From UHGV virus genome UHGV-0098506: a DNA stretch of 24,443 nt; one strand, written 5' to 3'. Shown one piece after another: positions 1 to 7,544 of this stretch. The notes below the pieces were generated by a model, which was given only the letters and a program-made list of their open reading frames with translations, was not told where the DNA came from and did not search any database. The stretch's first letter is position 1. Each line of letters starts with the position of its first letter. The position numbers and the translations under genes were made by a program. Source of the stretch: a virus.

Positions 1-35
1 GAAGGTCGTAGGTTCGACTCCTATTATCGGCACCA
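1..35 (+). tRNA. 3'-terminal fragment of a tRNA gene (T-arm, acceptor stem, CCA), most likely tRNA-Thr (thrW-type); serves as the prophage attachment-site core (attL side)
   Basis: Window opens with GAAGGTCGTAGGTTCGACTCCTATTATCGGCACCA: GGTTCGACTCC is a canonical T-loop/T-stem and the 3' end carries CCA. From memory it matches the 3' end of E. coli/Salmonella thrW, a known lambdoid/P22 integration site. An integrase gene ends 15 bp away. Confidence 0.7.
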
Positions 36-49
36 TTTAAATCAATAAG

Positions 50-1210
50 TTACCTAGCATTTAAGTAAACCACGTTCTCCTCTTGTGCCGTATTTGTGCC
101 ATTGCGACTTATAATCGCATCGATTTTGCTCGCGTGCTCGGTGAGATGCCCGGCTGAAAGGTGGGCGTATCTTTGAACCATTTCGAGAGTTTCCCATCCT
201 CCCATCTCTTTAAGTGCAAGAAGAGAGACACCGGACTGAACCAGCCAGCTTGCCCAGGTATGCCTCAGGTCATGGAAGCGGAAGTTGCTAATGCCTGCCC
301 GCTTTAACGCTCCCTTCCATGCCTTGTTGCTGTCGGTTCTCATCTTCCTTACCGCTGCTGTTTTTGTTCCGTCGCTTCGGTAGGCAGGTTTGGTGTGGAC
401 AAATACCCATCTCTTATGGAGCCCCTGCTGTTTTCTTAATATCTGGCATGCGGTTTCGTTAAGAGGAACTCCGATCGCATTGCCAGCTTTTGTTTCATCA
501 GGGTGCATCCATGCCATTTTCTTATCCAGATCGACCTGTGACCACTCAAGGTCTGTAACGTTGGAACGGCGAAGGCCTGTCGTGATTGCAAACATGACCA
601 CAGGGAAGAAATGAGGAGCAATTTCTGCAAACAGGCGCTTCGACTCCTCCTCTGTAAGCCATCTGATTCGTCCATTCTTAACGCGTGGTGTTGATATTTT
701 GGGCGCCCTGTCAAGCCATCCCCATTCAACAGCCATATTGAGAATAGCGCGAAGTATTGCCAGATGCCGCGTCTTCGTTCCTTTACTTGCCAGCTTTGGT
801 TTATACTCCGGCACTGGCTTGCCAAGCCGCAAACACCTGTCCCGGCTCATCTCCCAGTTCAGGCGATGGCGGCGGTTTTCCATCCCGTCTACCGCCTCCA
901 TTATTTTTTCTGTTGTTATGTCAGAGAGAATGGTTTCTCTGAAGTGCAACATCCAGAACGATATAATGCTCTTGTCATCATCAATGGACTTCTTATCCGA
1001 TTTCTCACGCAGCCACCGTATGCAGGCTTCCTTGAATAGCTTTTTCGGTGATTCCCCGAGATTTTTTACTCTCCACGCTTCTGCTTTCAGACGATCGTGA
1101 AGTTCTTGCGCTTGCCTTTTGTCCGATGTTTCAAGAGAGCGTCTAACTCTTGATCCATCTGGCGCGACGAAATCACAGTGCCACGTGCCACCGCGTAGTT
1201 TGATTGACAT
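50..1210 (-). CDS. int: Tyrosine site-specific integrase (P22/lambdoid Int family)
   Basis: 386-aa ORF next to the tRNA fragment. C-terminal region contains RFHDLRHTWASWLVQSGV...LKEMGGWETLEMVQRYAHL, the R..H-x-x-R...Y catalytic signature of tyrosine recombinases. N-terminal region resembles P22 Int as I recall it. Confidence 0.9.
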   Translation of the reverse strand: MSIKLRGGTWHCDFVAPDGSRVRRSLETSDKRQAQELHDRLKAEAWRVKNLGESPKKLFKEACIRWLREKSDKKSIDDDKSIISFWMLHFRETILSDITTEKIMEAVDGMENRRHRLNWEMSRDRCLRLGKPVPEYKPKLASKGTKTRHLAILRAILNMAVEWGWLDRAPKISTPRVKNGRIRWLTEEESKRLFAEIAPHFFPVVMFAITTGLRRSNVTDLEWSQVDLDKKMAWMHPDETKAGNAIGVPLNETACQILRKQQGLHKRWVFVHTKPAYRSDGTKTAAVRKMRTDSNKAWKGALKRAGISNFRFHDLRHTWASWLVQSGVSLLALKEMGGWETLEMVQRYAHLSAGHLTEHASKIDAIISRNGTNTAQEENVVYLNAR

Positions 1211-1434
1211 GCTTTAACCTCCTGCACATCAACCGCATTCACCGCGCTATTGTGTCTCACAGACTTAAGCGCCGCAATGCAGTCTGACTTGCAAATGCGA
1301 TATGGACTTTTAGGTTTATCTGGATTTATCTTTGCGGCCTGAAGTCGTCCACTTCGTATCCACTGCGTGATAGTGCCTTTGTCTACCTTCAGATACGATG
1401 CTGCCTCTTCACGAGTGAAGATTTCTTCTTCCAC
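1087..1434 (-). CDS. xis: Excisionase (Xis, ~115 aa, P22-size class), GTG start with a GGAGA Shine-Dalgarno
   Basis: ORF immediately upstream of and overlapping int by ~124 nt in another frame. N-terminal EEAASYLKVDKGTITQWIRSGRL is a helix-turn-helix typical of excisionase/AlpA-family proteins. Position is the classic xis-int one. Confidence 0.7.
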   Translation of the reverse strand: MEEEIFTREEAASYLKVDKGTITQWIRSGRLQAAKINPDKPKSPYRICKSDCIAALKSVRHNSAVNAVDVQEVKACQSNYAVARGTVISSRQMDQELDALLKHRTKGKRKNFTIV

Positions 1435-1519
1435 TTGGAATCTCCATTTATTGAGTTGGTATTATTGCGGTAGGTCTGGATATCTTGAGAAATGAACAGG
1501 CCTCATCGAGTGTGAGGCG

Positions 1520-1864
1520 TTAGTCCTTGCGTAGCTCGCTAATTCTTCTGTAAGTCTCTGGTGCTTTGTTTTCGTGTATCTTCATTTCAGACTTCAACAG
1601 AGCAACGAGCGAATCCCATTCGTTGAGGATGCCTTTGAATGCCGGAACGCGCTTTGCAACCTTGTCGAATGAATCTCTGATTTCTGGAATCTGCTCAACA
1701 AGTGCAACGCATCGCCGGAAATCGGCTGCATCATGTGGAGCGCCGAAGTGATGACCATAGATATTCTTTTTCAGTCCACATGCGATTGAGGCAAGAGTTG
1801 CGCTACTGATGCCGACATCGCCAGTCGATTGCCATTTCAAAACCTTCATAGCCAAATCTGACAT
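1520..1864 (-). CDS. Hypothetical early-left accessory protein (114 aa)
   Basis: ATG at 1864 preceded by GGAGA. Sits downstream of an intrinsic terminator. No family recognised. Confidence 0.55.
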   Translation of the reverse strand: MSDLAMKVLKWQSTGDVGISSATLASIACGLKKNIYGHHFGAPHDAADFRRCVALVEQIPEIRDSFDKVAKRVPAFKGILNEWDSLVALLKSEMKIHENKAPETYRRISELRKD

Positions 1865-1902
1865 TTCTTGTCTCCATAAAACAAAACTCGCCGTAGCGAT
1901 TT

Positions 1903-1935
1903 CAGATAAAAGAAATCCTCGCGAGTGCGAGGATT
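1903..1935 (-). terminator. Rho-independent terminator (leftward transcript)
   Basis: On the minus strand: AATCCTCGC-ACTC-GCGAGGATT hairpin followed by TCTTTTATCT. Confidence 0.5.
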
Positions 1936-1964
1936 GTTATTCACCTTTGACGGCAAGTTGCAGG

Positions 1965-2600
1965 TTAGCCACGGTTAACCTCCCACGGCGGTTCTGGTAG
2001 AGGCATCCAGTGGGTTACACCGTCAATTGGTTCGTCGTCGTCGTACTCCAATGCGGCCATATAGAACCCGTCACGACGAGAATAAGAAATCCCTGACATT
2101 ACAATGCCATCCGAAACAACAATAATGTCACCCGTTTCTTCCGGCATTCGCTCACTACAGCTTATCCAACCATCCGGAGTTACCGGAGAGTTGCCGGGTT
2201 CTTTAATGTGCAAGAGAGGTTCACCATCTTTTGGCTCAGGCCACTGGCGCTCCATGTTGATCTTCAATTTATCTTCCATAGCAGCGGTAATTTCAGCATC
2301 GCTGATGCCAGCACGGAGCTGTGCATCCCACAACAGAAACTGCATATCAGCCCACTCGCTAAGATCGTCTGGTTCGGCTGCGGCTTCCAGTGCCTCTTTT
2401 GAGAGGTGTTTCAGTGGACCAATGGGGCCAACGCAGCCAAATGTGGAGTCAGACCATTTGGCATGCTCGTGGCGAATCTGTTCGCGTTCCAGTGATGCCA
2501 GTGCAATTCGTGCTAGTTCCATTTGTTCGCCACGAGTAAGCCCGTTTTCAAGCGGATTTTTAATGAACAATTCAATACGTTCTTTGGTAATAGTGGTCAT
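1965..2600 (-). CDS. Prophage accessory protein: N-terminal MazG-like dATP/dGTP pyrophosphohydrolase-type domain (DUF550-like) plus C-terminal DUF551-like domain
   Basis: 211-aa ORF with AAGGAG Shine-Dalgarno before ATG at 2600. C-terminus has DGWISCSERMPEE...WMPLPEPP, reminiscent of DUF551. N-terminus (KHLSKEALE...EWADMQFLLWD) resembles the DUF550 family. Domain assignment is from memory. Confidence 0.6.
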   Translation of the reverse strand: MTTITKERIELFIKNPLENGLTRGEQMELARIALASLEREQIRHEHAKWSDSTFGCVGPIGPLKHLSKEALEAAAEPDDLSEWADMQFLLWDAQLRAGISDAEITAAMEDKLKINMERQWPEPKDGEPLLHIKEPGNSPVTPDGWISCSERMPEETGDIIVVSDGIVMSGISYSRRDGFYMAALEYDDDEPIDGVTHWMPLPEPPWEVNRG

Positions 2601-2610
2601 GTGTTACTCC

Positions 2611-2874
2611 TTAACCCGCAGTGCTTTCAACTGATGAGGGGAACAAAATCTTTTCATCAAACCCTGCATTCATATCATGAACAGCAACACACCAATCCAC
2701 CGACGAACGATTATCAAGAGCCTCCATGATTTCATCCATGCGGCGTAGGTCATACAGGTAAATGCTTTTATCGCCAATGGTGTAAAAACCAATTTTTTTC
2801 GGTGATGGGCAGCGATCAAGAACGTCCTGTAATTCGTTCAACCATGCCCGTTCTTTTTTTGTTAAAGTTGCCAT
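2611..2874 (-). CDS. Hypothetical protein (87 aa, MATLTKKERAWLNELQDV...)
   Basis: ATG at 2874 preceded by AAGGAG (6-nt spacer). Start lies 1 nt after the stop of the upstream gene. The longer ORF-track start at 2907 lacks a Shine-Dalgarno. Confidence 0.55.
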   Translation of the reverse strand: MATLTKKERAWLNELQDVLDRCPSPKKIGFYTIGDKSIYLYDLRRMDEIMEALDNRSSVDWCVAVHDMNAGFDEKILFPSSVESTAG

Positions 2875-2875
2875 A

Positions 2876-3289
2876 TCACTCTCCTTTGATGCGAATGCCT
2901 GTTGCAATGCTGTTTATGATGCTGTCAGTGCATGGGGTAGAAAGCTGGGCATCTCCAGCAATTTTCATGACCTCAACATCTGCATATCGAATACCGAGGT
3001 GTATCAGACCGGCTATACCTGACTTAAGCCGAGCATTTTCCATAAACAGATCCTTTGCCCGCTGTTTTTCTGCTTCAAGCTCAACACGCAGTTTCCCAAC
3101 CGTTAGTGCAATATCCTCGTTCTCCTGGTCGCGGCGTTTGATGTATTGCTGGTTCCTTTCCCGTTCATCCAGTAGTGCCAGCACAACCTGAGGTGTGACC
3201 TTCATACGAAATGCCAGCAATTTTTGTGGTGTGGCTGCTATTTTTATTGCTTCTGCCGCATCACGCAGTGCCTGATAGTCAATTGTCAT
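2876..3289 (-). CDS. Ea22/Ead-like coiled-coil protein
   Basis: N-terminal MTIDYQALRDAAEA is the hallmark start of lambdoid Ea22/Ead-family proteins, followed by a coiled-coil-like segment (ELEAEKQRAKDL). ATG at 3289 forms an ATGA overlap with the upstream stop. Confidence 0.6.
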   Translation of the reverse strand: MTIDYQALRDAAEAIKIAATPQKLLAFRMKVTPQVVLALLDERERNQQYIKRRDQENEDIALTVGKLRVELEAEKQRAKDLFMENARLKSGIAGLIHLGIRYADVEVMKIAGDAQLSTPCTDSIINSIATGIRIKGE

Positions 3290-3930
3290 TCTCGCCATCC
3301 TTCACAGTTGTAATCACTACAGCCTTCAAAATCATATGGGCTGTACTGCCAGGAGATTTTTCCGCAATGCGGACAATTCCAACGCACCTTCCCGCTTCGC
3401 GACTTCTTTCTTCTGTTCTGCTCTTTCAACCAGTCAGGCATGACCAAACCTGCGCCCTGAACCATTGTTCTGCGGTTAAAGTTATTGATATTGAACGTCC
3501 TGCGCTTTGCTGCATCAGCAATGGAAAATGGCAACCAAACTATTCCTGGTTCGTTTTTGTTGGCGACGCTAAAGATGGTCGCTTTACTGAAGTCATCTGT
3601 TGGCAATCCACCGTGTTGAAGCCAGTAAACATCGTTGCCGTTCCAGCTACCTTTTTTGTAGGCCACATACGCAGTGCAATCTGACTCAATCAGGCTTTCT
3701 GTAGGGATGTACTGGCAATCAACGTGCCACACTGCCATTGCATCCACGCTATCAGCGCAAACAGGCTGATCGATATCTCGCCCACAATTCCAGGCTTTTT
3801 GGGCTTCTTCCAGCGTGTAAACATGAGCGCGATCGATATCAGAACTGTAACCATTGCCGTTATGGCAATGGAATGAAGCGTTATTGCCCACAGTTTCACG
3901 CGAGCACATCATGTAAAAACGGTTAGTCAC
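3286..3930 (-). CDS. Hypothetical Cys/His-rich protein (214 aa) with C-terminal CxxC...C..C zinc-ribbon-like motif
   Basis: GTG start at 3930 preceded by AAGGAGG at optimal spacing. Sequence ends NCPHCGKISWQYSPYDFEGCSDYNCEGW. No known family recognised. Confidence 0.55.
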   Translation of the reverse strand: MTNRFYMMCSRETVGNNASFHCHNGNGYSSDIDRAHVYTLEEAQKAWNCGRDIDQPVCADSVDAMAVWHVDCQYIPTESLIESDCTAYVAYKKGSWNGNDVYWLQHGGLPTDDFSKATIFSVANKNEPGIVWLPFSIADAAKRRTFNINNFNRRTMVQGAGLVMPDWLKEQNRRKKSRSGKVRWNCPHCGKISWQYSPYDFEGCSDYNCEGWRE

Positions 3931-3947
3931 TGGCTGCCTCCTTTGCG

Positions 3948-4112
3948 CTACATCGCATTCAGATATTTGTTGTCATTAACAGAGCTGAAACTATTTCTCT
4001 TAAGCAATTCCTCTCTCGATGGCATTGGCTTTACGCGTTGGCGAATAATCATTTCTGCCGGAAGAATGCCGGGATTGTATGCAAGTCCTCTCATGGTAAA
4101 TTCCTCAGTCAT
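3948..4112 (-). CDS. Small hypothetical protein (~54 aa, [26 protein letters not shown]...)
   Basis: ATG at 4112 overlaps the stop of the upstream ORF (ATGACTGA); a second in-frame ATG at 4094 is preceded by GAGGAA. The ORF-track start at 4244 gives a longer version that overlaps the upstream gene. Confidence 0.3.
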   Translation of the reverse strand: MTEEFTMRGLAYNPGILPAEMIIRQRVKPMPSREELLKRNSFSSVNDNKYLNAM

Positions 4113-4398
4113 TACTGATAGCGCCATAGCGTGAGCGGTAATTACGCAGGCGCGGGTCAATTTCAGGGAAGTGGGTATATGTGGCTTTGCGGAATGGTCG
4201 GATTGATGTCTGGTAAATTCGCTCGCGTTCTTCTTTCTCTGCAAGCCATATACAGTGGCGAAATTCCTTTTCCTCTTTCGTTTCCTGCGGTAGCGACATT
4301 ATCCGATCGTAGTTTTTTCTGAATTTATCCAGCACCTCCGATACGGAATTGCCGGAACAGCGGCGCGGGTCGTCCTCACCATACAGAGGCGCTGGCAT
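4105..4398 (-). CDS. Hypothetical protein (97 aa)
   Basis: ATG at 4398 preceded by AAGGA. Begins 24 nt after the ssb stop, same strand. Confidence 0.5.
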   Translation of the reverse strand: MPAPLYGEDDPRRCSGNSVSEVLDKFRKNYDRIMSLPQETKEEKEFRHCIWLAEKEERERIYQTSIRPFRKATYTHFPEIDPRLRNYRSRYGAISND

Positions 4399-4421
4399 AA
4401 TGGAATCCTTATGTTGCTACT

Positions 4422-4820
4422 TTAGAAGGGAATTGAATCGTCGTATTCAGGATGATTTTGATGATTGCTACTTTGCTGCTGTTGGCTGTTTCCTGAAGTT
4501 GCAAATCCAATCTTTGCATTCAGTAATTCAAGAGTGATTGATTGACCATTTTGCCCCTGATAAACATCAACCCTGATGTTTTCTCCGGTAATTTCCACAA
4601 TGCCACCTTCAACAAGAACACTACGGTAGTAATCCGCTTGCGCTCCCGGCTTGGCAAATACAACGGCGCTGTAGTTTGTCCATTCTTTCTTTTTTGTCAG
4701 GCGATCGTAATACTGAACTCCAGCACGGATGTTGAATCCGATATTTTCCCCGGCCTGAAACTCTCTTGCGGGCTTGTTTAGTCTTACAGTAATCGAGTGT
4801 GCCATTAAGCAGCCGCTCAT
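4422..4820 (-). CDS. ssb: Single-stranded DNA-binding protein (SSB family)
   Basis: C-terminal acidic tail ...PEYDDSIPF matches the SSB C-terminal D-D-D-I-P-F motif, preceded by a Gln/Gly-rich linker and an OB-fold-like N-terminus. ATG at 4820 overlaps the erf stop (ATGA coupling); alternative ATG at 4805. Confidence 0.8.
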   Translation of the reverse strand: MSGCLMAHSITVRLNKPAREFQAGENIGFNIRAGVQYYDRLTKKKEWTNYSAVVFAKPGAQADYYRSVLVEGGIVEITGENIRVDVYQGQNGQSITLELLNAKIGFATSGNSQQQQSSNHQNHPEYDDSIPF

Positions 4821-5410
4821 TCTAATTCGTCTCGTCTTATGTTGTAAACGTCCTGCGCTTTGTGCTGCTCCGGTGTGCCTTCGAGCATCTTCCACGCTTT
4901 GGCGAACGCCTGTTTAAGCTCTTCCACGGTGTTTTTCTGCATTGCTGCGTCAGTGAATGCTTTTAGAACCTGTTCAGGTGTAGGTGATGGTTTTGATTGC
5001 TTTGCTGCTGCGTTCTGCTGATGTTTATGCTCGTCGGTATCTGCATCTTTCGCATCATCAATGCCGAATAAACCATTGAGGCAATACTTGCGTGCATAAG
5101 AGCTTGTAGCTCCAGTAACTTGTGCAGAATCCATTCCTTTCTTGCTTTCTTCCTCTCGTGCAAGAGCGGTTGCCGTATGACTGTTTTCGCCATCGGTAAT
5201 AGTTGCCGTGGCTTTCACGTAATACCGATCACCAATCAACACAACTTCATCGCTGATTGATAAAAACAGGCCATTCAGTAACGGCTTAACGCCTTCAAGA
5301 ATGTCTTCGCAGCTTCTGTATTTATATTTGCCGAATGAGTTGTACTGATTCTTTGGCGCGTTCAGATTCTCCTGAATGGCTGCCAGTCTTGCGTAAAATT
5401 CTTTGCTCAT
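4817..5410 (-). CDS. erf: Erf-family single-strand annealing recombinase
   Basis: N-terminus from the internal ATG (MSKEFYARLAAIQENLNAPKNQYNSFGKYKYRSCEDILEGVKPLL...) closely matches P22 Erf as I recall it. The longer ORF-track start at 5440 is a TTG. Confidence 0.85.
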   Translation of the reverse strand: MSKEFYARLAAIQENLNAPKNQYNSFGKYKYRSCEDILEGVKPLLNGLFLSISDEVVLIGDRYYVKATATITDGENSHTATALAREEESKKGMDSAQVTGATSSYARKYCLNGLFGIDDAKDADTDEHKHQQNAAAKQSKPSPTPEQVLKAFTDAAMQKNTVEELKQAFAKAWKMLEGTPEQHKAQDVYNIRRDELE

Positions 5411-5511
5411 ATGTTTGTTCTCAGAATGGACATGGCCCAAGGAAATAACGCTGGTTTAATACTTCGACTCTGGACAAATTAAGGCATACCCGCATTCCTT
5501 CGCGGTCGCCA

Positions 5512-5670
5512 TTATGGCGATACCAGAGAGCTTTCTGCGTGTACATGCGTCTCTGTAACTTGCTCTCCTTCACTGTGGTTGCAAGTGACATGAATATCTC
5601 CTTCGTTACCGATTAATTCTTTCATCTGACGAATGAATTCTTCGTCTGACCAGTTATCCGTAAAACTCAT
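5512..5670 (-). CDS. Small protein (52 aa) translationally coupled to the cIII-like gene; occupies the kil-like position
   Basis: ATG at 5670 overlaps the stop of the upstream cIII-like ORF (ATGA). The kil-like label is by position only, not sequence. Confidence 0.4.
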   Translation of the reverse strand: MSFTDNWSDEEFIRQMKELIGNEGDIHVTCNHSEGEQVTETHVHAESSLVSP

Positions 5671-5837
5671 GGACGGCCTTGTTGTTTCAAAATATCCCAA
5701 AGCTTTTCGAGCAAACTTTTCACTCTTGGTTGTTTAAAGTCTGCTCCGGTTAAAATATTTTTTCGTGAATGCTGTACCGATAAAATCGGGTTGAAAGGGC
5801 GAACCGATGCCGCCCCTGCAATAGCGAACTGTTGCAT
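5667..5837 (-). CDS. cIII: cIII-like protein (56 aa; FtsH-inhibitor family), below the 60-aa cutoff of the ORF track
   Basis: Translation MQQFAIAGAASVRPFNPILSVQHSRKNILTGADFKQPRVKSLLEKLWDILKQQGRP. N-terminus MQ-FAIAG matches lambda cIII (MQYAIAG...) and the size fits. ATG at 5837 preceded by AAGGAG. Confidence 0.6.
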   Translation of the reverse strand: MQQFAIAGAASVRPFNPILSVQHSRKNILTGADFKQPRVKSLLEKLWDILKQQGRP

Positions 5838-5912
5838 AGGATGCTCCTTCTGTTTGATTGCATAACGAAAACGCCTCGAGTGAAGCGTTATTGGTATGCG
5901 GTAAAGCCGCGC

Positions 5913-6224
5913 TTAGGCGGCTGATGTTTCTTCTTTCAGGCTTTCGAGATATTTACGTGGGTCGTCGTAACATTGGCATTCGCTGTACCAATCCACCCAG
6001 CGATCAGTAAGCCCCATCTCTGATAAATCTTCATCGGTAAGGCTCTCATCCCACATCTCAAGGCCGTTAGCATTGCAGTAATCAGGCTTGATGTTGTTGT
6101 CATACTGAAAGGCGTCATAATCAGCCAGTGCGTCCATCAGGCGAACACCCTCTTCAACACTTGCCACTTCTACGATGAACGGCTTCATCGGTACTTGCGG
6201 GATATGCCAGACACGTAATTTCAT
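5913..6224 (-). CDS. Hypothetical acidic protein (103 aa, MKLRVWHIPQVPMKPF...)
   Basis: ATG at 6224 preceded by GGAGAA, immediately after an intrinsic terminator. The longer ORF-track start at 6278 would run into that terminator. Confidence 0.55.
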   Translation of the reverse strand: MKLRVWHIPQVPMKPFIVEVASVEEGVRLMDALADYDAFQYDNNIKPDYCNANGLEMWDESLTDEDLSEMGLTDRWVDWYSECQCYDDPRKYLESLKEETSAA

Positions 6225-6235
6225 ATTTTCTCCGT

Positions 6236-6263
6236 TAAAAAAATCGCCCTCACACTGGAGGGC
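6236..6263 (-). terminator. Rho-independent terminator (tL1-like) between the N-proximal unknown gene and downstream early-left genes
   Basis: Minus strand: GCCCTC-CAGTGT-GAGGGC hairpin followed by GA and T7. A second 9-bp stem hairpin (GTGTATTCA...TGAATACAC, 6325-6352) precedes it. Confidence 0.6.
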
Positions 6264-6367
6264 AAAGAAGATTTCCAATAATCAGAACAAGTCGGCTCCT
6301 GTTTAGTTACGAGCGACATTGCTCCGTGTATTCACTCGTTGGAATGAATACACAGTGCTTATTCGTA

Positions 6368-6838
6368 CTAATAAAACACCCAGTTTTCTGTTTCTTGGTT
6401 GTGTCCAAAGTTATATTCAATATCTGGTGTTGATGTATCAATATTCTTCATCCCATCAACAAGAGTTGATACAACAGCCAAATCTTGTTTGATTCTCATT
6501 AAATGGTATTTCTTCCGGCGCAATAAACTTTCAATGGCAAGTTTCTTCGTTGGGAATGCAAAAGATCTTTCTGCATTTTTTGCTACTTTCTTAATTGCAT
6601 ATCTATTTCTCTTTTGTTTCCATTCCTGTAACCACCGATTTGGTGCTGGTTTAAAATTAACAATCCAATGCGCAGGAACCAACCATGCATAATGCTCTGT
6701 CTGATGAAAAGCTATATATTGAAGTGCGAATATTTTGATCCCATCCTCTTCAACTGCCGCATGGAATCTCCAGAAAACAGGCATTCCATCATGTTCAGTT
6801 TCTGATTCAGGAAAAGGTACGCTCCATGATTTTGTCAT
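6368..6838 (-). CDS. Hypothetical protein (156 aa), AT-rich gene directly downstream of N
   Basis: ATG at 6838 preceded by GAGGTGAG, 9 nt after the N stop. Coding region is visibly AT-richer than its flanks. No family recognised. Confidence 0.6.
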   Translation of the reverse strand: MTKSWSVPFPESETEHDGMPVFWRFHAAVEEDGIKIFALQYIAFHQTEHYAWLVPAHWIVNFKPAPNRWLQEWKQKRNRYAIKKVAKNAERSFAFPTKKLAIESLLRRKKYHLMRIKQDLAVVSTLVDGMKNIDTSTPDIEYNFGHNQETENWVFY

Positions 6839-6846
6839 ATCTCACC

Positions 6847-7146
6847 TCAAATAAGTGGTTTGCTGCCTAATTTCATTTTTTGGCGACCAACACAAGTCAC
6901 ACCCATTTCACTGCGTGGCTTGCGGTAGTAAATACGATTCTGTTTATGCTCGACTTCTTCTGCCTTCTTGCAGCGAAGGCTTCCGAGTGATGCTGCTTTA
7001 TCTGCTCTGACGCAACCAGAGAGCTTTAGCGCAATCTTTCGCGCCAGTCGCTGCTCTTGCATTGCCTGTTCACGTTGAGCCTGTCTGCGTGCTCTGCGGC
7101 GATTTCTGGCGTTATCGTCAGCCAGATATGTAATGACTACTGTCAT
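6847..7146 (-). CDS. N: Antitermination protein N (lambda-N family)
   Basis: From the internal ATG (MTVVITYLADDNARNRRRARRQAQREQ...) there is an arginine-rich motif at the N-terminus. C-terminus RIYYRKPRSEMGVTCVGRQKMKLGSKPLI parallels the lambda N C-terminus. GGAGG Shine-Dalgarno before ATG at 7146. Confidence 0.8.
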   Translation of the reverse strand: MTVVITYLADDNARNRRRARRQAQREQAMQEQRLARKIALKLSGCVRADKAASLGSLRCKKAEEVEHKQNRIYYRKPRSEMGVTCVGRQKMKLGSKPLI

Positions 7147-7159
7147 GTTGACCTCCGAT

Positions 7160-7230
7160 GAAACAACTTTGGAATTGATAGTGATTGCAAAGTTGTTTCT
7201 GGCCCCTCGAATTGAGGGGCAGAAAGAGCA
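7160..7230 (-). promoter_or_regulatory. Structured N leader: 12-bp-stem hairpin adjacent to the N Shine-Dalgarno plus a second boxA/boxB-like element
   Basis: Minus strand reads TGCTCTTT-CT-GCCCCTC-AATTC-GAGGGGC, then GAAACAACTTTG-(16 nt)-CAAAGTTGTTTC, then ATCGGAGGTCAAC-ATG. This resembles the RNase III-sensitive leader hairpin of lambda N. Confidence 0.4.
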
Positions 7231-7457
7231 TCTCGCCACCTAATAGTTCGATGCTCGGATCGATAGATTTAATTAACCTCGGTTTTGAAGTTATGCATTC
7301 ACATAAATCCTCCTGTTGCATGTGCAGCATTGGCTGTGTTTGGCGGCTGCATTTCGCCTATGGAATTGACTTTGGCGGTGACGCGCCGGGTGCTTATCTT
7401 CCGGTTGCCGTCGTGCAGCTGCACTTCACGTCACCCCAAAGCCAACTACTCTTTGGT

Positions 7458-7498
7458 TCCCGCATTTCGGCGGGACAATCCCATCAATGTTAAAGAGC
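7458..7498 (-). promoter_or_regulatory. nutL (boxA GCTCTTTAACA plus boxB hairpin TCCCGCCGAAATGCGGGA on the leftward transcript)
   Basis: The same boxA-spacer-boxB arrangement occurs on the plus strand at 9129-9172 between cro and cII. Paired identical copies in the pL and pR leaders define the nut sites. Confidence 0.65.
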
Positions 7499-7544
7499 CT
7501 GCCAATCTGTTCCGTTTGGCTACCAGCGTCCTGCTGATGGCTAA

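Noticed and set aside
2104-2634. 176-aa plus-strand ORF (similarly 2802-3191 and 3211-3684)
   Set aside because: All are antisense to leftward genes that have good ribosome-binding sites and coupling; Ser/Arg-rich translations typical of non-coding frames.
7118-7330. 70-aa minus-strand ORF spanning the N leader and N start
   Set aside because: Overlaps the N start codon in another frame and runs through the structured leader; more likely the leader harbours only a mini-ORF (reported as a finding).
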